Shown here one piece after another: positions 17,915 through 25,464 of a stretch of 64,000 bases of DNA. The stretch is from positions 32,001 through 96,000 of the forward strand of contig JBAXAI010000004.1 of the NCBI GenBank assembly GCA_037142615.1, written 5' to 3'. The notes under the pieces are model-generated. The model saw only the letters and a program-made list of their open reading frames with translations. It ran no database searches and was not told the DNA's origin. How positions within the stretch are numbered: position 1 is the first letter of the stretch; each line of letters begins with the position of its first letter. This DNA comes from Spirochaetales bacterium (lineage in GTDB: Bacteria; Spirochaetota; Spirochaetia; JABEVK01). The position numbers and the translations under genes are program-made.

Positions 17915-19662
17915 GCACCCCACCGAAAACCCTGCTGGTGCTCGATGACTCGGAGTTCTTCTCGGCGTTCCTTGAGCCCATTCTCGAAGCTTCGGGCTAC
18001 GCTGTCACCACGCGCCCGGAACTGGCCGGCGCGTTGCTGATCGATCCCACGTGGCATTCCGATTCGGGCTACCTGCTGCTGGCGGCGCTGCGCGAGCTTG
18101 CCCCCCGCACAACGCTTCCTGTCGTGGTTCTGCTGGCCTCGACGAGCAGCCAGTCGAGGGCCTTTCTTCAGGGCCTGCAGTTCCCCTGGACGGTGAAAGG
18201 TCGGCTGAAGGCCGAGTCTCTGGGCCGCTACGTCGGCCGCCACTTGGGGCAGCAGGCCTGGGCCGGAGAGTTTGGCCGCCTGGTCGAAGAGGCTCTGGCC
18301 AAGTCGCTCCAGGTCGACTCCCGGCCGTTTTTGCACCCGCTGATCAGCGGCTCGTTGCTTCACGCGATTTCCGAGGCCGATCACCTGGCCAGGGCCCTCG
18401 AATTGGGCGTCCAGTCGCTGTTGGATCATTTTCCGTTGCTCGCCGCGGGCCTGGAAGTGAATGGTTCCCGTCTGTTGGCCTGTTGTGCGAACCCCGAGGC
18501 CAGGCGGGCGGCCACGGCAGTCCGCGAGACCTTGGGTTGGTCCCCGGAACCGTCCGAGCCCGAACTGCGCGAACTTTCGGCTGATTTTCCGGGGTGGCGG
18601 GCAACCGGCGGGCAGGCAACCGGGGGGCAGTTCGAGCGGAGTTTCACGTTGCCTCGCTGCGGTGGCCGGCTTGTCGCCGTATTCGGTACCGACGACGACC
18701 TGATTCTCGATTACTTTGGGCGTGCGCTCGACGATTTCGACCGGGCTTTGACGGTCCTGACCCAAGGCCTGGCTCTGGCAAACTCCGAGCGGCGCGTGTT
18801 TCGGGTCTTTTCGCGCTTTGTGCCCTCGGTGGTGATCGAGGATCTGCTGCGAAAACGTTCGGCCGCCGCCCTGCTCACCGGCGAAAAGCGACGCATCGTC
18901 GCGCTGTTTTCCCACGTGCGCGACTTTTCGTTCTACGTCGAGGAAAATGACCCGAAAGAACTGGTGCGGTTCTTGAACCGCCATTTCAGCCTTTACGCCA
19001 AGGTCATCCGCAAGCACGGAGGGTTCATCAACAAATACATCGGCGACGCCGTGTTTGCGATTTTTGGAGCGCCGGTCAGCCACATCGACAACGCCCGCCG
19101 GGCGCTTGCCGCTGCCCTCGAGATCCAGCAGGAACTGGCCCAATTGCCGTTGCTGGACCTGCACTATCCCCCCAGTGGCTACCGGGTCGGCCTGGGCCTC
19201 AACGAGGGCGAGTCCATCGTCGGCAACATCGGCAGCCGGGACTCCTTTGACTACACGGCCATCGGCGACACCATCAATCTCGCGGCCCGTCTGGAATCGC
19301 TGTGCAAGCACTACCAGGTCGAGCTGCTGCTGTCCCAGGATTTCCGGCAGGCCTTGGAGTCGCAGGAAGATCCGCACCCGCTGCGGCAGGTCGACCGGGC
19401 ACGCGTCAAGGGAAAGCTGGTGCCGACGGTATTCCATACCGTGTACCCCGCCGAGTTTGACCTCGAGTTTGACCGCTGCTACCGCAAAGGCCTCACCATG
19501 TTCCGCCTCGGCAACTGGACCACGGCGCTCGAGTTTTTCGAAAAAGGCCTCGAACTGGATCCCAGCGACTTCCTGTGCGGCCTGTACTCGCAGCGCTGCC
19601 GCGAGTTCTTGAAGGCACCTCCTGTGAGTTGGGACGGCGCCATCACGCTGGGGTTCAAATAG
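17911..19662 (+). CDS. Class III nucleotide cyclase subunit (REC-like N-terminus, TPR-like tail): first metal Asp replaced by His
   Basis: FSHVRDFS, NKYIGDA, DYTAIGDTINLAARLE, VKGK, terminal WDG; ATGA overlap at 17911-17914 gives the real start. Confidence 0.87.
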   Translation: MSTPPKTLLVLDDSEFFSAFLEPILEASGYAVTTRPELAGALLIDPTWHSDSGYLLLAALRELAPRTTLPVVVLLASTSSQSRAFLQGLQFPWTVKGRLKAESLGRYVGRHLGQQAWAGEFGRLVEEALAKSLQVDSRPFLHPLISGSLLHAISEADHLARALELGVQSLLDHFPLLAAGLEVNGSRLLACCANPEARRAATAVRETLGWSPEPSEPELRELSADFPGWRATGGQATGGQFERSFTLPRCGGRLVAVFGTDDDLILDYFGRALDDFDRALTVLTQGLALANSERRVFRVFSRFVPSVVIEDLLRKRSAAALLTGEKRRIVALFSHVRDFSFYVEENDPKELVRFLNRHFSLYAKVIRKHGGFINKYIGDAVFAIFGAPVSHIDNARRALAAALEIQQELAQLPLLDLHYPPSGYRVGLGLNEGESIVGNIGSRDSFDYTAIGDTINLAARLESLCKHYQVELLLSQDFRQALESQEDPHPLRQVDRARVKGKLVPTVFHTVYPAEFDLEFDRCYRKGLTMFRLGNWTTALEFFEKGLELDPSDFLCGLYSQRCREFLKAPPVSWDGAITLGFK

Positions 19663-19714
19663 GCGCCTTTCTCGAAGGCGGAGAATCCGTGCTACTATGC
19701 GCTGGGGGCCCCAC

Positions 19715-20923
19715 ATGGAGCGACTGCAAGACGGTTACTGCCTCGTCCTTTCGGGCGGTGGTGCCAAGGGCGTGTACCACATCGGGGTGTGGAGGGCCCT
19801 CAAGGAACTGGGAATCGGCGTGCAGGCGTTTGTCGGCACCTCCATCGGCGCCATCATGGCCGCTCTTTTGGCCCAAGGTTCCGACGCTGAGCTCGAAACC
19901 ATCGGCAAGACCATCACCCTCGACGCCATCCTTGCTCTGCCTCCCGAGTTGCTCGGTGGCTTGGTCGAACACCGCGGTTTGGACACGGCTCCACTCCGGG
20001 CCCTGTTGGAACAGCACATTCAGGAACCTGCTCTGCGTCGCAGCGGAGTCGATCTGGGCATTGTCACGGTCAACCTGAGTTCGCTCAAGGCCGAGGAACT
20101 GTTCCTCGACAGCATCCCCGAAGGGAGCCTGATCGACTACCTGATGGCCAGTTCGGCCTTCCCGGGGTTTTCCACGCCCGTGATCGAGGGAAAGCGGTAC
20201 GTCGATGGGGGACTTCACGACAACATTCCGCACGCGGTGGCCCGCAAGCGCGGCTATACGAAAGTGATTGTCAGCGACATCTCGGGTTTCGGTTTCAAGA
20301 AGGCGCCCGACGTGGAAGGTTCGGTGACCGTCTTCATCAAAAGTTCCATCAAAATGGGCAGCGTGCTCGACTTTCGTCGGGAGTTCCTCGACGACTTCAC
20401 GCTGCTGGGCTATCTCGATACGCTGCGGACGTTCGGGGTGCTCCACGGACGCGACTACGCGGTTGAGCCCAACCCCGAAGCCGAGGTTGCCTTCGCGCGC
20501 GAGCCCACCAGGATTGCGACCGCGCGGGAGGTCCTTCCCGACGAACGAAAGTTGGATCGACTGGTTTGGTTGCAATTGCTCGAATGCTCTGCCCTCGTGT
20601 TTGGCGTTCCCCGGGTTCGGCGCACAACCTACGAAGAACTGGCGCGGGCCGTCGTGGACCGGCGAACCGCCGAAGACGCCCAAGTCGCCGAACTAGCGCA
20701 GGTGGAGGGAAGCGGGAGGCTCTCGCTGCTCAACACCCTGCGCGAAGCCGTGTCGAAGAAGAGCCTCAACTGGAGTCCCTACGTGACTTGGAAGCTGTTG
20801 GAGCATTTGGTGCCGGCACAAGCTGACCGGCTCGTGCTGAGAACCTTGTCGGCGTTGCAACCCGAGTTACCGGCCGCCCTGCAGGCCTTGCAGACCCTGG
20901 ATCAGGCCACAGCCCTAACTTAG
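19715..20923 (+). CDS. Patatin-like phospholipase
   Basis: LSGGGAKG, nucleophile GTSIG, DGG; start approximate. Confidence 0.9.
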   Translation: MERLQDGYCLVLSGGGAKGVYHIGVWRALKELGIGVQAFVGTSIGAIMAALLAQGSDAELETIGKTITLDAILALPPELLGGLVEHRGLDTAPLRALLEQHIQEPALRRSGVDLGIVTVNLSSLKAEELFLDSIPEGSLIDYLMASSAFPGFSTPVIEGKRYVDGGLHDNIPHAVARKRGYTKVIVSDISGFGFKKAPDVEGSVTVFIKSSIKMGSVLDFRREFLDDFTLLGYLDTLRTFGVLHGRDYAVEPNPEAEVAFAREPTRIATAREVLPDERKLDRLVWLQLLECSALVFGVPRVRRTTYEELARAVVDRRTAEDAQVAELAQVEGSGRLSLLNTLREAVSKKSLNWSPYVTWKLLEHLVPAQADRLVLRTLSALQPELPAALQALQTLDQATALT

Positions 20924-20989
20924 CTTTGACGCTAGCGGGGGCTGCGGCCCAATTGTCGGTGGTCTTGAGCCTGGTGGTCTTGTCGGCAC

Positions 20990-21313
20990 CTACATCATGC
21001 GTGTGTTGAGCGTGAAGATGACCCACACCGTGCCGAAGATGAAGATCAGCAGGATGATCGCGGTGAATGTGATCGAGATAAAGTCCCACTGCTTGTCCTT
21101 CGAAAGGTCCAAGTGCAGGAAGTAGTACAGGTGGACCACGATTTGCGCCACGGCGGCGATCACGATGCCCAGGATGGCGGCTACCGGCGGAAGACCGCCG
21201 AACATAACCAATCCGAACGAAACCAAGGTCAAGACAATCGCCAGGGCGAACCCGACCATGTACTTGCCGGCGCTCGAGTGGCCGGTTGCGTGGCTAACTT
21301 GTTCATGCGACAT
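20990..21313 (-). CDS. cyoD: Cytochrome bo3 quinol oxidase subunit IV
   Basis: YMVGFALAIVLT, QIVVHLYYFLHL; operon position. Confidence 0.92.
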   Translation of the reverse strand: MSHEQVSHATGHSSAGKYMVGFALAIVLTLVSFGLVMFGGLPPVAAILGIVIAAVAQIVVHLYYFLHLDLSKDKQWDFISITFTAIILLIFIFGTVWVIFTLNTRMM

Positions 21314-21335
21314 TTGTTTTGCTCCCCTCTTTCCG

Positions 21336-21926
21336 CTAGACCACGCTCAGCAGGTACACGAACGTGAACACGCCGACCCAGACAATGTCCAGGAAGTGCC
21401 AGAACAGGCTCAACCGGGACAGGCGTCCCATTACCCCAGGGGTCAGACCCTTGGTCAGCACCTGCGTCATCAGGACGATCATCCAGATTAGGCCGCAACT
21501 GACGTGAAAGCCGTGCGTTCCTACCAGTGTAAAGAAGCCAGACAAGAAGCCGCTGCGGTCCGGTCCGGCACCTTCCGCGATCAGGTGCACGAACTCCGAA
21601 ACTTCCATGGAGATGAACGCGACGCCTAGCGCGAACGTCACCAGCAACCAGCCGAACACGAGGTTCTTTTTGCCTTGGTGCATGGCGACGACGGCCAGTC
21701 CGTAGGTGAAGCTACTGATGAGCAGGAACATTGTCTCGACAAACACGTAAGGAAGGTCGAAGAGTTCTTTGGCGCCTGGCCCGCCAGCTACGTTGTTGCG
21801 GATCACCGCGTAGGTGGCGAACAGGAGGGCAAAGATGATCAAGTCGCTCATCAGGTAAATCCAGAACCCGAAGAGTCTGTTGCCGGAGGTGTGTTCCTCT
21901 CCGTGCGAAGTCACTGCACTACTCAT
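21336..21926 (-). CDS. cyoC: Cytochrome bo3 quinol oxidase subunit III
   Basis: FGFWIYLMSD, FFTLVGTHGFHV, LFWHFLDIVW. Confidence 0.95.
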   Translation of the reverse strand: MSSAVTSHGEEHTSGNRLFGFWIYLMSDLIIFALLFATYAVIRNNVAGGPGAKELFDLPYVFVETMFLLISSFTYGLAVVAMHQGKKNLVFGWLLVTFALGVAFISMEVSEFVHLIAEGAGPDRSGFLSGFFTLVGTHGFHVSCGLIWMIVLMTQVLTKGLTPGVMGRLSRLSLFWHFLDIVWVGVFTFVYLLSVV

Positions 21927-23946
21927 GAGCCTTCCCCTCTGCCTTCACGGTTGTTGGTTTCCAGTCTGGTCCGAACGCCGCCGAAAGCTTGGCGTAGCGT
22001 GCGTCCTCGATTCGCTTCACCTCTTCGGCCGGAATCACGTATTCATTCTCGTCTCGGTTGGCGGCGGCGATCAGCGTCACGATGAAGCCCGCAAAGCCCA
22101 AGATAGCCATCCACCAGATGTACCAGATCATGCCGAAGCCGAAGAAGAACGACGCGATGCCGAGCCACGGGCCATAGGGCGCGTTCTTGGGCATGTGGAT
22201 GTCTTCGTAGGTTTCGGGCCTCTGGTAGGCTGTGCCGGCCTCTTTCTTGGCGGCGAAGTCGTCGAGCTGGGAAACCTCAGGAATGACGGCGAAGTTGTAC
22301 ACGGGGGCCGGAGAATCGATGGACCACTCCAAGGTGCGCCCGTTCCAAGCGTCTCCGGTCTGGTCGGCATTCTTCTTGCGGTCCCTGACGGTCGTGATCA
22401 CCTGCACGGCCATGGCGACGATGCCCAAGGTGATAATGGCCGTACCGATGGCCGCCACAATCAGCAAAGGCTGCCAGGCGGGGTTATCGTAGTGTTCCAG
22501 CCGGCGCGGCATGCCCATCAGGCCCAAAATGTAGAGGGGGAAGAAGGCGAGCGGGAAGCCGATGGCCCAGCCCCAGAACATCAGCTTGCCCCACTTTTCG
22601 TCGAGCTTGAAGCCCATGATCTTGGGGAACCAGTAGATGAGTCCGGCGAAGTACCCGAACAGCGCCCCTGGGATGAGCACGTTGTGGAAGTGCGCTACCA
22701 GGAAGACAGAGTTGTGGACCACGTAGTCGATGGGGGGAACAGCCAGCATGATGCCGGTGGCCCCACCGATGGCAAACAGGACCATGAAGCCCATCGTCCA
22801 GTACATGGGGGTCGAGAAGTGGATGCGCCCCCGGTACATGGTGAACAGCCAGTCGAGGATCTTCACACCCGTGGGGATTCCGATGAGCATGGTGGCGATG
22901 CCGAACGCGATATTCACATCCACCGTGTTGCCCATGGTGAAGAAGTGGTGCAGCCAGACTGTGAACGAAAGGAAGGTGATGACCACCGTGGCCCACACCA
23001 GCGTCGGGTAGCCGAACAGGGTTTTTCGCGAAAAAGTAGCCACCACCTCGGAGAACACGCCAAACGCGGGCAGGATGACGATGTAGACCTCGGGGTGCCC
23101 CCACATCCAGAAGATGTTGTTGTAGAGCATCGAGATGCCACCCATGTCATTGGTGAAGAAGTGCATCCCCAGGTAACGGTCGAGCGACAGAAGGAACAGG
23201 GCCACGGTCAGGGCCGGGAACGACAGGATGATGATGGCCGTGGTGGGCAGCACCGTCCAGGTGAACATTGGCATGCGCATGAACTTGAGGCCCGGGGCCC
23301 GCATGCGAATAATGGTCACGAAGAAGTTGACACCCGTGAGTGTCGTTCCTACCCCTGATATCTGCAGTGCCCATAGCCAGTAGTCGACGCCGGTGCCGGG
23401 ACTGTACTGCTTTTCAAAGAAGGGCGCGATGCCCGTCCAACCTGCCGTCGAGAACTGTCCGATCGAGAGTGACAGCATCACCAGGATCGAGGCAGCGAAC
23501 GTGAGCCAGAAGCTGATTGAGTTCAGCACCGGGAATGCCACGTCGCGGGCACCAATCTGCAGCGGCACCGCGATATTCATCAACCCGAACAGGATGGGCA
23601 TGGCGGCGAAGATGATCATGATGGTGCCGTGCGCCGAGAAAATCTGGGCAAAGTGGTCGGGGTCGAGGTACCCTAGATTGGCCCCTTCGGCGACCGACTG
23701 CTGCGCGCGCATCATGACGGCATCGACACCGCCGCGCACGAACATCAGCAGACCAAGAATCACGTACATGACACCAATCTTCTTGTGGTCGACGGTGGTC
23801 AACCACTCGCGCCAGATGTACTTCCACTTCTTGAAATAGGCAACGATGGCGATCAGGGCGATAACGGCGACCGGCATACCGATCGTGGCGGTCGCAAGGA
23901 AGGGATCGCTCAACGCGAAAGAATCCCAGGTTAGTCTTCCAAACAT
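21919..23946 (-). CDS. cyoB: Cytochrome bo3-type quinol oxidase subunit I
   Basis: TVDHKKIG, quinol-site RGGVD and HFAQ, WGHPEVY, WLHHFF, AHFHN. Confidence 0.96.
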   Translation of the reverse strand: MFGRLTWDSFALSDPFLATATIGMPVAVIALIAIVAYFKKWKYIWREWLTTVDHKKIGVMYVILGLLMFVRGGVDAVMMRAQQSVAEGANLGYLDPDHFAQIFSAHGTIMIIFAAMPILFGLMNIAVPLQIGARDVAFPVLNSISFWLTFAASILVMLSLSIGQFSTAGWTGIAPFFEKQYSPGTGVDYWLWALQISGVGTTLTGVNFFVTIIRMRAPGLKFMRMPMFTWTVLPTTAIIILSFPALTVALFLLSLDRYLGMHFFTNDMGGISMLYNNIFWMWGHPEVYIVILPAFGVFSEVVATFSRKTLFGYPTLVWATVVITFLSFTVWLHHFFTMGNTVDVNIAFGIATMLIGIPTGVKILDWLFTMYRGRIHFSTPMYWTMGFMVLFAIGGATGIMLAVPPIDYVVHNSVFLVAHFHNVLIPGALFGYFAGLIYWFPKIMGFKLDEKWGKLMFWGWAIGFPLAFFPLYILGLMGMPRRLEHYDNPAWQPLLIVAAIGTAIITLGIVAMAVQVITTVRDRKKNADQTGDAWNGRTLEWSIDSPAPVYNFAVIPEVSQLDDFAAKKEAGTAYQRPETYEDIHMPKNAPYGPWLGIASFFFGFGMIWYIWWMAILGFAGFIVTLIAAANRDENEYVIPAEEVKRIEDARYAKLSAAFGPDWKPTTVKAEGKAHE

Positions 23947-23995
23947 CTCAGTGACACTCCTCTATGGTGTACATATGCGGCATTTCGACGGGTGG

Positions 23996-24880
23996 CTACA
24001 TTTTCCCGTCGGTCTTCGTCGCGTCGGCCATCGGTTTCAAGAACTCACCCACAATATGGCCAAACAGGTTGGGCTCCACAGAACCGTACGTGGTGGCCGC
24101 CAAACCAGCCTGGGGCTTGTTCAGCTTGTTGAACTCGTCGGTGCTGAGCGGATTGCCCTTGCTCTTGGCGTCTTGCAACCACGTGGCATAGTCGCCCTTG
24201 GTGACCGCGTCGGCCGCGAAGCTCATCGCGGAGTAGCCGATACCGGTAAACTCCATGTTGTGACCGACATAGTGACCCGGCTTGTCGGAAAGCAGGTTCA
24301 GGTGTGTGACCATGCCAGCCATGACGTACATCTGAGTCCCCAATTCGGGAATGAACATGGACGACATGACGGTGGCCGAAGTCAGGTCAAAGGTCACCGG
24401 CGCTCCGGCGGGAATGACCAGCTTGTTGAGCGAGGCCACTTGCTCGTCGGGGTAAATGAACAGCCAGTTCCAGTCGAGCGACACAACCTGCACATGCACC
24501 GGTTTTTCGGTCGACACGATGGGCTTGTACGGGTCCAAGTCGGTGGTCTTCACCCACGTGAGGTACGAAAGCACCCCAATGATCAGGATGGGAATCAGCC
24601 AGATCAGAACTTCCAGCTTGAGGTTTCCCTCCCAGTGCGGCTTGTAAGTGGCCTTGGTGTTCGTCTCGCGGTAGCGGATCGCAAACCAGATGACCATGAT
24701 GAACACGGGCACGATTATGATCAGCGCCAGGCCAACGGCCATCAGGATAAGGTCACGCTCTTGGGCTGCGATCGGCCCTTGGGGGTCGAGCAACGCGACC
24801 CCTTGGCAAGAACTCGCCATAGCGACAAAAAGCAAGATTCCCAAGCGGGTCAGGAATCGTCCAATCTTCGTCTGTCTCAT
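23996..24880 (-). CDS. cyoA: Quinol oxidase subunit II (lipoprotein, no CuA)
   Basis: Lipobox-like ASSC then LLDPQGPIA, SLDWNWLFIYP, MFIPELGTQMYVMAGM; start set at ATG 24880 after GGGAG. Confidence 0.92.
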   Translation of the reverse strand: MRQTKIGRFLTRLGILLFVAMASSCQGVALLDPQGPIAAQERDLILMAVGLALIIIVPVFIMVIWFAIRYRETNTKATYKPHWEGNLKLEVLIWLIPILIIGVLSYLTWVKTTDLDPYKPIVSTEKPVHVQVVSLDWNWLFIYPDEQVASLNKLVIPAGAPVTFDLTSATVMSSMFIPELGTQMYVMAGMVTHLNLLSDKPGHYVGHNMEFTGIGYSAMSFAADAVTKGDYATWLQDAKSKGNPLSTDEFNKLNKPQAGLAATTYGSVEPNLFGHIVGEFLKPMADATKTDGKM

Positions 24881-24937
24881 CAGGCTCCCCTGGAGCGTGG
24901 ACGTGACCCGAGGATCCACCACACTCTCATAGCAATT

Positions 24938-24966
24938 AATATTGGGGAGATGACTGATCTTGTCAA
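24938..24966 (-). promoter_or_regulatory. Putative sigma70 promoter of the cyo operon
   Basis: TTGACA (24966-24961), 17 bp spacer, AT-rich AATATT; -10 match is weak. Confidence 0.35.
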
Positions 24967-24999
24967 CAAAGAGTTTACACGCCTGCCTAAACTCTTTGG

Positions 25000-25464
25000 T
25001 TACAAAGCGGCTTCGACCCGGTTCCAGTCGAGAGCGCTGGTGATGCGCAGCACTTCGCCGCCGTTGCCGTCGAGCAGAATCAAGGTGGGGGTGGCCATCA
25101 CGTCGTGCGCCACGGCCGCGTCGAACCCCTCGCTGTTGCTGACGTTGAAGGTGACGCCTTCGAAGGGCAGCAGGGGGAGTTTGTTCTTCAGGGCCGGGCA
25201 CTGGGGGCAGTTGTCCTTGACGAACGCGATCCAGCTGGTGGGCTTGGTGGTTTTTTCGTGGGGCTGGCTGGCGAGGTCTTCGCGGAACGTGACGCGGTGG
25301 TTGTACTCCTCGCGTTTGCCGGCGTTCCAGTTGGCCAGCGACCGGTAGTAGCCCACGATGCGGGTGTAGATTTCGGTGGGATGGTGGCCGGGCTGGGCCG
25401 CCTTGGCTTCGAGTTCAGCGATGCGGGTCGTGATTTCGGTCGTGGTCATTTGGTTGGTGGTCAT
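25000..25464 (-). CDS. Stand-alone NrdD glycyl-radical domain fused to a glutaredoxin/thioredoxin-like CxxC domain (154 aa)
   Basis: EIYTRIVGYYRSLANWNAGKREEYNHR, then FVKDNCPQC..VMATPTLILLD; ATGA overlap with the nrdD stop; SD AGGAG. Confidence 0.88.
   Translation of the reverse strand: MTTNQMTTTEITTRIAELEAKAAQPGHHPTEIYTRIVGYYRSLANWNAGKREEYNHRVTFREDLASQPHEKTTKPTSWIAFVKDNCPQCPALKNKLPLLPFEGVTFNVSNSEGFDAAVAHDVMATPTLILLDGNGGEVLRITSALDWNRVEAAL

Noticed and set aside
18601-18630. 15-bp tandem duplication encoding ATGGQ-ATGGQ
   Set aside because: A short in-frame linker duplication with no evidence of function.
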